DNA of 60,314 nucleotides, counting the filler, from Sphacelaria rigidula (Eukaryota): the NCBI GenBank assembly GCA_964200075.2. It is 4 parts of 4 records of this genome, joined end to end, with 100 filler letters (N's around TTAATTAATTAA, not from the genome) between each part and the next. Parts side by side here need not be neighbours in the genome. Positions count along the whole stretch, not along the records: positions 30,210 to 45,212 come from CAXNAA020001950.1; positions 45,313 to 60,314 come from CAXNAA020001951.1; 2 more parts are not named here. One strand, 5' to 3'. Shown here one piece after another: positions 30,210-48,600 of the stretch. The notes below the pieces were generated by a model that had not been told where the DNA came from, did no database searches, and saw only the letters and a program-made list of their open reading frames with translations. Positions within the stretch are counted from its first letter, which is position 1. Each line of letters begins with the position of its first letter. A program made the translations under genes and the position numbers.

Positions 30210-30875
30210 CAATCAAAAGCACCATCCTCAACATAGATGGTTGGCTGTTATTACCCATCCTGTAGTCAAGTACTTAACTCCCCACCAGTGTGCCCGAGTG
30301 ATGAACATGGCAACTACTACTGATGAGTAGTATGTGCTCAAGCCGCCACTCGAGTTAGTGGCATTGCTGGGGCACTGCGAAATATTGTCCCAAGATAGTC
30401 TGACCGTATTGATTCGGGGTTGGAGCCTCAGCCATACTCGGTCTGGCCTATTGATGTGGGTACCAGAGCAAGACCCAAAAGTGCAGATTATTACATGCCG
30501 TCCTGTCGGTCATTGTATCCCGTTCTCCGTTTGTGACCGCGGGTCTATGCAGAATCCAAAAGGCGAAGTTGATAAATCAAACTTGAAAGTTGTTCCTTGG
30601 GTCATGCGATGATGAGCTAGGCTCGATCGTGTCCCCCTGCCTTTTCCTGTAGTTGCTCTACTGGCAGATATCTTGGTGTCCTACATGAAGCAAGGATAGC
30701 TTTCGAGCTTAGGCCTCCTGAATTCCTTCAAAGAGATAGCTCCGGGCGGTTAATCTCTTAAGCGGCGAAGTTGCGACACTTCCACTGTTCACCACATCTT
30801 TGCCTCGAGAAAGCACACACCGCACCGCCATTCGCAACGCAGTGTGAACAACAACGGCGGCTGGACAATATTCGA

Positions 30876-30876
30876 A

Positions 30877-30913
<37 letters not shown>

Positions 30914-30921
30914 GAGAGAGA
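30876..30921. repeat. (GA)n microsatellite
   Basis: GA run with two GAAA interruptions. Confidence 0.95.
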
Positions 30922-33900
30922 TATCTACAAGGGCTGGTTTTTCCTGCTGAGCTGTCGGTACTCGCTCTCTTGATTGGACTACATCAGGGGTGCAGTGCTG
31001 GGTGAGTTAGTTGTGTTGGATGCCCGAAGAAAATCCTGGTGGATAAGCCGTAGTGTCTCGATGTACAGTTATCATCTATAATACAAGGTACCCGCGCGCA
31101 AGGGACACATCCATCCTCTCTCCGTTGCGCGCATCTCAACCGCACACCAGCTCGCGTACGAATTTATGTACGCGAGATCATGTGCATGATTATTTTTCAT
31201 GTCACCGCTGCGCGCTTTCGTCTGCCCTCACTGGTGTTTGCCAGGAATCAAGGGCTGCAGCATCAGTCGGTCACATGTTTGATGTTTTCAGCACTCACAC
31301 TTGCTGTAAATCTCAAACTCTCCGTATACTTTTACTTGGATTTGCAGTCGGCCGTTTTTGTCTGGGAGTGGAAAATGGGCTGCACTAGTGTACCGACTGT
31401 TTTTGAGGAATAGCAACGGAGGTTGCCTCGTCGGTTTTTCCGCTCCGCAGACAGCACAGATGATGTGTTCCTGATGCCGCGGTACATACCGTTACAGGTA
31501 GCCCAATTTTCATCTGCAAGCAACATCGTCTATGTTCGACTCTGTAGGTTATTTGAAAGTGTACATACAGATGCAACGGTAAGTCTTCAGAAGCCACCAG
31601 AAGCCGGTCCCCCAATAATAATCGTGAGATTGCAGTACAGTATATCGCCATTGGTTCTTCACTGACTGTTCTAAGGAGCTGGCTACTCGTACAAGGTGAA
31701 CCACCATCGAAAGCGTAAGATCCTTTCGCCGCTATTTAACTTGCGCTATTCTCGCAATCTGCAAGACCGGATGAAAACGATTGCCATAGCTGAAATTTTT
31801 GTTGGATTTTCTTCTTCGTTACTCACAACACACAGATGCCCATCCCTGTGATCGCAAGGTGCAGTGGTTATCTTGAGTCCATATCGTCAAAACAATCCAA
31901 AAAGGCCGTAAGATTAGGGAAAGAGAACGCAAGCACCGAGAGAATCAAACAAAAACTCCTACTCAATGCTGCCTGGGCCGCCACTGAACAAAGTTAGCCA
32001 ACCTTCGTCCTGCAACAAGACTTTTATCAAATACGGGCACCATTACTCGAGACAAAAAAATATCTCCGGCGATTTCGCTCCAGGTTTGAGAGTGACGACG
32101 TGAAATTTCGAAAAAAAAGCATCGACGACTCAAAGGGCATTATTACTGTAGTCCGCTTTTTTAGAGTTTGATGAAAGGAGTAGTTTGACAAAAAAAAGTT
32201 TATTTGGGACACTTTTTGAATTTTATTTTCAATGATGGATGTGGCGGCTGTGTGGAGCAGTTACCTACCGGTAATTCCGCAAATCTACTGCTGCTCTGCT
32301 GTGCTCGTGTTCGGTGTTTGCTCTGCCGTGATGTTGTTGTAGAAAAAAGGAGGTTCCTTTTTATAGACAGGGAGGAGTGGGCGTGCTCATGATCTTGCAT
32401 CCCGTAGTCATAGTACAATTGACCTCGCATTCGATATAGACTCTGTTGCGTCAAAAGAACTATGTATATATTTCGGAATAGAATCTGATCGCTATTCCCT
32501 CTAGTGCGCACTGCTGCAGCGCACAGCACCCAACATAGCGACGTGGAACAGTTGACTGTGGTTCGCATAACATATGACCGAAGTTTCAGCGCCTTGCAGC
32601 GGCTACAGCGCGCGTAGGGCCGTGCGTCATGAACTGCGCACCTCTACAGAGTGTACACCGATCGGTACACTACCGATGATCATCATCTAGAAGGGGTCGC
32701 AGTGCAGGCCGGTGTCAGTTTGCTACCACATCGGCCGCCCAGCCGCTTAAGATGTTAAAGTTAGTGCACCTGCGCGTGCGTATATACTTTCCCCTGTAGT
32801 GGACGAAGTCTGGGCTGCGGGATGGCCCCTTTGAGGGCGCATCGACGGCATTCCCCGAAATCGCTTGTGGTCATGTTCTAATTTGTGCGGGACCCAATCG
32901 TGCCGGCGCGCGGCGCATTTGTTGCCTGTGTTGTGTCCGACTGGTGCGCAAATTTTCATGATGAAATGCGCTGTCGCTGGCGAGAAATCCACAATCAAAG
33001 TTGTTCCGAAAATTGGGAGTTTACCGTAGGAAAGTATCCAAATAAAGATGACGTGCGGTTAGGCCGCGTATCAGATGCTGTTACGCAGTATTACGGTCCG
33101 GGTACTGTAATACAGTATTACAGTACTGTCAAATGTAACACAGACAGTTTAGACAGGACTATTGCATCAGCATATTATGCTGCACTTTATAGTGGTCGAG
33201 ACGGAGTTTTCAAATCTCAAAACCACCAGCTGCGCCGCCAGGCATGCATGCAAACGATCATGCCGTTCTCATTTGTGCTGGAAGCAGTTGAGATGTTTCT
33301 TGTTCAGGCGGATTGCACACTCCATATACTACACCCTAGGCGTGGTGACCGGCTGGAACGCGAACCGTGGTCGCCAGCTATCGGCGTACCATGGGACCCG
33401 CAAGGCACCCGTACCGGGCAACACCATGCACTCCACCGAACGCGGACATAATCACGTTCTCAGCCTGCAACTTGTGCCGACGATCCAGCCTTGAACATAG
33501 CTTTTCAGATGTGCCGCGTGTTGGGCCGTAGGTCCTCCCTCTGGGGCACCTCACTCGTGTGGACAAAAACTACTGTGGGGGTGATCCCAGCTGATACGTT
33601 ATACAATGATTCATGTTGGCGAAAATTGGACTACGATCTTTTTTTTCTGTGCAACACTGAGACAGCTGAGGGGACCCCGAAAAAGTCAGGTACCTGACGC
33701 CCAACCTTGTAACTTGGAATCTACTTTACACCTATAACGTCGATCACCGACAAATTTTTCAAGACAAGTTCTCATGAGCGTCAAGTCTTGCACGCCAACG
33801 AGCAGGCGTGAAGTTTCAGAGGCGGGCGAGGTTGTCGTTGGTTATGGGCTATAGATTAGCAACATGTACGCAAACGGTGAAAAAGGTAGGATAGCATATG

Positions 33901-36610
33901 AATCGTATTGCGCAAAGGAACGGTGACACAGGCACCAGACACTGCATCGCGAGGGCAGGAGGCAGCGCGGAAGTCACCAGCAATTCGTCATCGTAACCTC
34001 CGTTACTGTCAGCCCCCGATGATTCGTCCCCATCCAAATCATCGAAGGCCATCTGATTCATCACGGTCGCGATATCGTGCAGAAGCTGATGCACCATGGC
34101 CGATCTAACAGCCATGAGCTCATTGTTAGGCCTGTACATATGCCATGCGGACAGCGTGTAGTCTCCGTATCCTTAAGTCGTCGCGTGCATACGGGAGCGT
34201 ATTCTACTACATCGTTCTCAGAACAACTCCAATCCGGTTTGAAAATGGGGGCATTTCTGAATGGATTGTGCGAAGAATGGCTTTTGTTGAGAGGTTCTCA
34301 CGTCTACGTCGTGAAAGAAAGATTTTCGGACGAGGCGTCCCACAAGAAAATGTCCAGGAAATCTGTCCGAGAACGACGAGAAATAGCTTTTCAGGCTGTT
34401 TTGTTTTGTAGCACATGACGCGGACTTGGCGGGGTTTTCATGTCATCGTGTGTCAAGTGGAGTTATGTGTATTCAGGGACATTTCCGAATCCAAAGGTAC
34501 GCTTGTAACTTCAGAATAACAAGAGTAAAATAAAAACACCATTGATCATGCCCCCCGAATGGTCGACACACTCCTCTCCTCTCCTCATATATTCCTCAAA
34601 TTTTCCTCAGATTTCACGGTCTCGAGTCCACTTCTTGTGGCAGCGAAAGTCGCACGAAAGATGTGTATCATTCCATTCAGAGGTTTTCGCTCTTGCTACG
34701 TGATGTGGCTATTTGTTTTTGCTAACGGAAGTAGTGGGGCCAGCCTGTTTCAGCAGGATTTACCGCGGGATGACGGGACGGGGCGGGCCCCGCAAGCCCG
34801 TAAGAAACAGACGGACGGGACGCACTATATATATCTTCCCTCCCGAACCTTCCGCGACAAATGAACCTCATCCCGTGATTCTCTGATCCCATCCCCACTT
34901 GAATAGGTGCATCAAGAATCTGAAAGAAACGCAGTAACACTGGGACTTTGAGTTGCCTATTTCTGTCCGCGAAGGAAGGTTAACCCTTTGACCCCGAGGA
35001 TACGTCATCTTGCCATTCCTAAATATTGGAGAGAGAGATGGGTGCTGATTCCACAGATGGCCTGAGCTGGCGGTCAAGGGTTGGACGGTTATCACTCAAG
35101 ACACGTGTACATCACACCTGAATCGCACTCTAAGCAAAAGCGACGGGCGATAGCAGGTCCACCATCAGCTCTTAACTTGTAAACCCTGGCCAGCGTTGTT
35201 GGACGAAAATTCTCTCGTCTTGGATGCGTGTTCGTGCACATGCTCGTCAGAGTTGATGTGATGTACCTTTACTGTACTGTCTGAACGGAATCTGCGTCGC
35301 AGAGCATCGAAATTGGGCATGATACATCGTGAAGAGCCAACTCAGTGTGCAAAGCCCGCCAAAGCACACCGGCGTCTCGTGAGATTCAAGACTGGACGGA
35401 ATAATTGAAACATGTGTACGAACGGGACGGACGAGACTGTAACCCTGAAAAAATATAGGTGGGGAATGGACGGGATATTCCGCTGTCCTCAAATTGGTCG
35501 CATGAGATAGGACGTGTGGCAAATGTATACGGGCGGCACGGGACCGGACGGGATGGCCACTCCTTAAAAGCGATGGATGGGGCAGCACGAGATTTCCTGA
35601 TGTACTCATGTTCTGTATACCATTTCGAACGTTGTTGACTTGAAGGTGTGAATGCCCCTGAGTTGAAAAAATCCCCACATCTCCGCAATCCAAGGGATAA
35701 CTCTTCTGGCGTTCGCGGCCTGTCTGTTTCGAAAATACGACCTATAGCACTTCCGACAGTTTTTCGAGGATGACCACAGCGTAGGAATGGTTGGGCGCTA
35801 GTACGCCGGGTGGGAGCTAACACGAGTTGCTCGCGACTTCAGGTTTTATATAGGGTTGGGCGAGCGGGGCTATAGGCGTGGTGGTCTATAAGATAGGAAT
35901 CAAGTCCCGCTTCGTGCCTGTCGACTGCATTTTTTCGATCGAAAATTATTATTCTTGTCTTGAAGAATTTTTCTCCGCGCGCCGCTAGTTATAATTTTGG
36001 GTTGAAGCCTTCTAGGAACATGAGGGCATTTTCTTGCCTGTATATGCACAAGGTGAAAGCCGACCGAGGGCGCCTTCACTACCCAAATCTCAACCGCACG
36101 AACTCCTACTTGGGCAGCAGGATTGTAAAGAGGAGGATAAGCTCACCGCTCCGGTTCCTCGCGCCTAATGGTGTGTTCGTCAACTTGTTGTGCTTGTCCT
36201 GTGAAGTTGGCTGTAGGGGGTGGAGTGAAAAATGCCGCAAACCTGAGACAAGGCACGTATGAAAAAAACACCAAACCACACTCGCATATGCCGCCTACGA
36301 TGTGTACACCCCCACCATATACGCCTCGCCGTTCAGCTGTTGAACAACAGCTGTGTGTTGACGACATGCATGTAGTAGTTTTGGCACGATCACGTCTACA
36401 ATACTCTAATGTACCGTACTACTATACTCGATACTCTACACTGTACTGTTATGCATGTTCTGTTCTGAGACGGTCATGTCGCTGGATGTGGCTTTGCGCG
36501 AGTATCTCAGCATCTATGACACGCGGGATATGTATGCACGACAACGACCCTTTTGTGTATTGTACGTGTTGTTTGTCCGCCAAATAGCGATCCTCAACCC
36601 CCGGCGTAAA

Positions 36611-36642
<32 letters not shown>

Positions 36643-38357
36643 GACCAACTGGCGCGGCGGCGCCTCAAGGGCTTGAGCAGGGGACGGGATTCCCGTCCCG
36701 ACATAACTGCTTCCCGCTCCATTTCGTTTTCCCCGTGAACTGCATTGATGATTAATACTGTGTTCGGTCTCACTATGAATTGAAATTTTGTAACATTGCG
36801 TTTGGTTTGGGTACGGATCTGAAGATTGAGCATACCGCAAATCTATATCTACTCGCGGGGGAGAGGGCTTAAAATCTTTCAGGCGATGGCAATGTGACGA
36901 CTACAACTACGGTTTGCGTGCGGTGGGAACTGTGCCGAGTACGTGCGAGTTTTGTTTTTTTCCCAAGGGGGGAACTTTGAGCCCAAATAAATTTGATCTT
37001 GTGCTTGACAGAAAGTGATTCGAAGGTGATTCAGGGTATTAGACGAATTCAGGCAGGACGTTGATCTCACAAAGTGGACACAAAGTCAGGAGGGCAGTGT
37101 GTTGCTTTGCGTCTTGACCCTTCCTCTGGCGAGCATGTTGGCCCTGTGTGCCCACGGCATTTCATGTACTGTTTTTTTCTCCTTTTGTGAGCAAGTCTAG
37201 CGGTCAGTTACGCCCACAAGCAGCCTTTCCGAATGCGCAATACATGCATTTAGGGCTATACGCCAAACACTATGCACCATCACACCGCGGTGGCGTTCAT
37301 AGTTGCTATACCGGTTACACGTGTGCATATACAATGAATGATGGACACGAGATGGATGTTGCGCCTTGCCAGGAGTGCCACACTGTGCTGCACGTTAGAG
37401 ATGTTCATTTTCTTGAACAAATTTTTCTGTACCTGTATGTGTGTGCGAGTGCTTAGATTTTCGTTCCTAAGGCAAGAAGTCGTTCAAACGATATTTGTCC
37501 AAGTGAGATTACTTGCGCAAAATGTTCCCGTTAACTTCACACCCTGGACAATGGTTTACATTGTTGAAGAATTTACTGCGTACAGTGTGGAATATATGGT
37601 CTTGACTGTACCCAGTCACCTTTTGACTGTAATCTTTAGTCCAGGGTATGTTGAACCATACACCTACTAACGTACGGTGACACTTGGTTCTTGTGTATGT
37701 CGTGTAGAGTGTAGAGACTCTCCCGTTAGTGCTGGGATCAAGGCGAACGAAACGCCGCGGCCCAAGTCACTCAGCGATGTTTTTCAGTACTCATACGCGC
37801 CGTGACATCGAATACCGCCAGCATGGGGGAGAATATTGACAAAATCAGTACTATTGTCTCCCGCGTACACTATCCGGTGTAGCATACAGAATAGAATGCA
37901 GCAGGTCTAAAGTACCAGATAACACGTGACGCTGGAATATGCTGACTGTACCGGGTGACACTGAGTTGGGTATAAGTATCTCATTCACTGGCGCTTTTAA
38001 ATATGTACCCAGTATTATTACGGCCTGTACGTGTAGCGACTGCCCATTGTTTTCGCACTCGATCTCCTTCTTTATGCGCTCCTAAGCACTGCACACGCCA
38101 CTTCACCGGCGGTGTAGATCACCCCACCCCGGCGAGTGCCGAATGTGCTGTACATGTAGTGTAGTGTAGTCCATGTTTTGGTGTCATCGGTCGCCAGGTC
38201 GAGCACGCGTGCCCTTCACGATGAAAGTGTACATATCGCTCTGATACGGTGAGATTCTCGAGGATATCGCCAATTACTTCGGTTGTCGTGCACGGTGACC
38301 GTCTTCCAACGAGTATCGACTGGTAATATGATACCCCTATACCCGCGCGGCTGACAG

Positions 38358-43506
<5,149 letters not shown>

Positions 43507-44757
43507 TTTTAGTTAGCTCCTGGAAACGTGTTATACCGGTGAACTTGCTTCTAGACGGCGCGTGTTCAATGCAGTTGGTGGGAAGGTTGTTGAGGTGCGT
43601 CGGCGCCTTGGTGTGTGCGTTGCGGTATGGTTCTCGCGCGTTGTATCGGTGGCGATGTGTGTCAGCTGACGAAGGTGCACCTTCGAGAGACAGGTGCATT
43701 TGCTTCACGAGCATGGTGTAAATTTGCGCACAACGTCCGGTCCGTCGTACGCGGATGATTCGCAGCTCTGGGGCGAAGGCTGCCGTGGCTGCTCATTCTA
43801 GAAATCGAGGGCGGAGGGAAAAGCGACGAATAGAATTTTGTGAAGTCTTTCAGGCGTTTGTGGAAAAACCTGTACCGTGTCGATGTCTTCGTTCACGGGA
43901 AAGCTGTCTGTTGCCTGTCTGCAGAGCACCTGATGAATGCACATGAACGGGTGCCGACGGCTGACATGCCTTTTGGAGTGGTGATACGAGTGCAGAAGTT
44001 CGTTGGGCTGCTGATCATGACATCTCGAAGCATATCATGCGCAGGTTGCAGCTACTCAGGGGTCAACAATCGTCGAATGGCAGTCACCACAGCATTCATG
44101 GATTGGCAACATCAAATTGAAGAGGGGAAGGAATATGAGATGTTGCTGGCGAATGAGAACCGAAGTTAAATAGATCAACATACTACCAGAAACAGTGTTT
44201 ATGTGATATTGAGATTAGAGCATTGATTGAGAGTGGCTTTCATCATTCGCTTTGACTTGACTAATTTCGCATTCTGAGTGTTTTCTGTGCCTGTAACACT
44301 GCTGTGCTTACAGCTACACGTTGATATCCTACACGGGGATATCAAGGGCTTCAGTGGCGGCCTACTGCAGAAAGCGCATCGGGCTTCGTCGAGAGGCATT
44401 TCAGAACTGAAACCATATATCCATCAATTGACCGCTTCTCACGCTCGATTGTATCATCCATTCTCAATCTCACGAAAACTTTGTTTAGAGTGAGTTCGTC
44501 CTTTGAGCCGGCATACTTTTGTCTTCACTTGAAAGGTCACTGGCCGGCTGCGATGTTCAATCTGCGGGCGCCGTCGTAAGATGAAACGTATGTTGAGTTG
44601 CCACATGTAGACCAGGTGCACAGCACAAAATCTGCTCTTCATAATCGTGAACTTGGTTTGTCCAGCATGGTTACTCTGGTGATGATGTGGGCGCTGCACT
44701 CAATTAATTAATTCAATTAACCGGGAAATATCGAACATTTATTTTGCGTACGTGCCG

Positions 44758-44955
44758 GTCGCCCCTGTGGCTCAGCTGGTAACCTGGAAACCTTCTGACC
44801 TGTGGGACGTCGGTTCGAATCTCGGTACAGTCACACGATCCGGGTTTTTTTCTGATGCCCAGCAGTGGAGAGCGACCGTGTCGTGGGTGCACAAAATTCA
44901 CGGTCGATGAGGGTAGTGGATTGCTGAACCCCTCTCCCGATAAAAAAAGAAGGCA
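44758..44955 (+). mobile_element. tRNA-derived SINE, family B
   Basis: Box A TGGCTCAGCTGG at about 44768-44779, box B GGTTCGAATC at about 44812-44821, then a non-tRNA body ending in an A-rich tract. No cloverleaf acceptor stem. Confidence 0.6.
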
Positions 44956-45212
44956 AACATCGCACAATGAAGATGGGATGCTATAACAAATAAAGAGTAC
45001 AAAATTTCTCTGTTGGTCTTCCTGTGTGGCCTGGGCAAATGCACCTACATATACCGAAACGTATACATTGGCATCCATAATAAACAGAGGATCCTGTGAA
45101 ATGGGGATGGGCATCAGAAAGGTTCAACTCACATACAGTGCCCTGACCTAAAAACAGCCAATCATCTATGTTGAGGATGGTGCTTTTGATTGAGGATGAG
45201 AACCCGGAGGAT

Positions 45213-45312
45213 NNNNNNNNNNNNNNNNNNNNNNNNNNNNNNNNNNNNNNNNNNNNTTAATTAATTAANNNNNNNNNNNNNNNNNNNNNNNNNNNNNNNN
45301 NNNNNNNNNNNN
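45213..45312. other. Artificial contig spacer
   Basis: Same 100-bp linker. Confidence 0.99.
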
Positions 45313-45673
45313 CACACCACGGCGCTTTGCGCTTGGTAATTTGAGTGCGAGCCTGGTCCGGCGAAAGCCCGGCGTGCTCCGTCCCGGCATTGGAGGGATA
45401 CGAGGTCAATGGTGATATGACTATGACATGCATGATCATGAGTACACCCTATCGCAGCATGACTCTTATATACATCCCACAATCCAGGGAGCGTTAGCAC
45501 CGACGTGTACACGTGTCCGATTACGACCACTGATTGAGTTGTTCGCGTGTCGCTGGGGAAGATTTCGTAGCTTCTAAAACAGTTGTGCCTGTTAAGATCA
45601 CCTACATTGGTGTCTAGCATGCATCACACAATATACTTTTTGTCATACCTCCCTTCTACACACTTACGTTCAG

Positions 45674-48600
45674 TCTGCGCAGTGTGCCAAGCTGGTTATG
45701 GTCGAGGGGTGTCGAACGAATGCCACAAGTGCAGTTCTAGCTTCAAGGCGGCCATGATATTTGTGATGACGGTGGCAGCGCTTGTCGTCCTCATGGTGGC
45801 GATTTTGCTTGGCTCCTATCTGGTAAGTGGATTGATTTCTACAGCGAGGCGTGCGTTCTGTTGTGCCGGAAGTCAGGGTCAGAGGAGACTAGCTGTCACA
45901 CGCACGAAGGTTGCTGCTTATGTCGATGTCACACGTGGTTCATTGTACTGTGTGCTACTCGAGCTAAGCAGGAGCTGAGATGATTAACACGGTCGAAATC
46001 GTGCGTTCTCTGACACATGGATTATCCCAGGGTGTCGATGGATCTGCTGTCTATATCTTGGATTGGTTCGCTCAGTTCTTTCTGTGTCCGGAGAGAGGTC
46101 GAGCACGCACTCGATGGTATTGCTGAGGAGCCCCCCACCCCACCCCACCTCTCCTTGCATAAAGATACTACTGGGCTGTTCGTAGCTATTCGTAGAAATG
46201 CAGTCTCTTCGCATCTGCCCTAGCTCTACTGCACCCGAACTCCAACCGGGGAACCGATTTCTTGGCGGATAGGCGTGACCCGTCGCTGGTTGTTCTGAAT
46301 GTCGTTATTTGGCACCCTACTACAACAGATGGCCATCAGAACCAACTGCACTTCCCTGAACTTGAGCATAGGTCCATCGCCCGTTACTCTAAATGTGGTT
46401 ATGTGTCACACTTACTACAATAAATGGACGAAGCTCCCCACGTCACTCACCAGCATCAACCGACCTGTACTGTATTTTACTATAGTGTGTTCGGCGTTAA
46501 CCATGAGGGGGAATGATGACGCTGAGCAGCTTTCCCCTCCCTCCCTCCTCCCTCTCGTCTCCCTGTTGACGGTGAAATCGGTGGGCAATGACGCTGAAAA
46601 ACAAGCCATCCACTGCGCAAGCTAGGCAACCGGGTTAGTTTAGTTTTTGGTGGTAACCAGTGATGATGGAGCGTGCAGAGCATTTTGTGCTGGGTGGAGA
46701 ATCTGAACTCCGCGTAGAGAGGATGATCGTACAACGTGGTGTTTCAACGTTGAGGCGCCCGTGAGGCAGTGTGTAAGTCGTGGCTGTCTCTGGAAGTGGC
46801 GATACCAGAAAATGTAGCAGCTCATTGGAGTCTGTCATTCATATGCAAGATGAACAGTAAGCTTCGGGTTGAATAATCTTAGTTCATGCTGCTCACCCTT
46901 CATCCGACTAGCCGAACACATCACGGCGCTTCGCGCTTGATGACTGCGAGTCTGGTCCGGTGAAAAACTTGCGCGCTCGGTCCCGGCTTTGCAGGATGCG
47001 AGGTCAACGGTCCCATGGCTACAGCACGCAATATCATGAGCACACCCCACCTCCGCCCTCCTCCTCCCTCCCTTCCCCTCCGTCCGACTCCTCCGCGCCC
47101 CCTTGCGGGACGTTCGAACAAGGTTGGAGGGGTGGGGGCCGTAACATCAACGATATCCAGCACCAAGGCGACAGTGGGGATCGTTCGGCAGCGTGGATCC
47201 TCTCTCATGACGTCTTCCGTTTCAAGGCCTGGCCAAGACCGCGAGAGTATATCGAGCACCGAACATTCGAGGCATTCTACAAGCCGGTAAATGCAGCAGT
47301 ACGGAACACGAACTATTGATAGCTCATCTTCGAGATGCCGGTAGTGCGACGAATTAGGCAAGAAGGATATTCTGGGGCAGCGACCTTGACCTTCCGCCGG
47401 AGCCTAGGATCCTCTGTGTGTACAGATGCATGTGTTTGGTGATGAGAGTAGGCCTTTGCTCCGTAGGCTTTAGCCCACAAGCCCACTTTCACTTTTGAAG
47501 CCCCCGAAGAGCGGGTTCGGAAAGAGCTGATTTTCTCTTCTCGAGACCATTGCCTTCCTCGAGAATTTTTCTTTTTTCCTACGACTGTTCCCTTGCTACG
47601 ACCGTTCCCTTTCTACGCCCGTTCCCTCCCTCGGGAAAAATTCTTCGTATACTTTTTTTCGCAACCCATTTCTGCGGGGCCAAACCCCAACCCCCGTTAG
47701 AACCATCGTTATCGACGCCGAAAATACAAAGCAGTAATTAAAAATGTAAATATTGCGGCAAAACATAAAAGCTGAAGTTGGCTGAAGGCGGTGCGCCGGC
47801 CTGCCTACTTGCTCACCCGCGCGCCCGCCTGCCTGCCTGTCAGATAATAACGCACCAGACACCATACCACCAACAAATATTCAGGAGCAGGGGGCCGATT
47901 GGTCGGTGGGTGAAAACGTTTTGGGGAAGAATACAAATTTGAGGCACCGAAGAACATTCGAGAGACCGAAAAAAAATGTGTAGGGGCGAAGGCAAAATAA
48001 GGCGCCGGGAAACAAATAGAGCCCAAATGCTTATTTCTAGGGGCTCGGAAACAAGAGAACAGGAGCCTACTGAGCAAAAGGCCTCGATAGCTGAGTGTGC
48101 TTTTTCCTTGAAAAACGTTGTGAGACACTGGTCTGTGGTGCCACGCAATGTTTCTCGGTGGATATTGAAGCGCATCATCGGTGATACAAACGTACAGTGT
48201 GGGTGAGATCCGCAGACTATCAACTACATTCCCCTACGTTCTTGCCAACGAAGGTCCAACAGTTAATCCCGACTGAGTACGTATGGCGTACCGCCTCTCT
48301 CGTGATGCTATTAACCATGAAATGGCAGCGTGCGACCGATATTGCTGCCGGTACCAAGAAGCGGACAGCGCGGGGCCCCCGACTGTGCGTTATCCTCCGC
48401 GCCGGGAGGAACGAGTGTGGGGATCCGTGGCGTAGAGCTTGTTGGGCGCGACAAAGTAAATCAACATGGACAGCAAGTGGGCGCTCCAGGAGGACCCTGG
48501 GATGAAAAGATGAACGACGGCGAAGCGCTACCTTCTATCGGTTCAGAGCTTGATCTTCGTCGATGCTCCACTTTTCCTGGTTCTGAAGCGAGTAGCCAAT

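Noticed and set aside
43507..45673. Linkage of PP2A to the membrane-protein gene as a signalling cluster
   Set aside because: They are on different contigs joined artificially.
48254..48328. Alternative exon start reading VQQLIPTEYVW
   Set aside because: Phase does not match the upstream exon ending at 47286, and the frame stops at 48505. The acceptor at 48328 fits.
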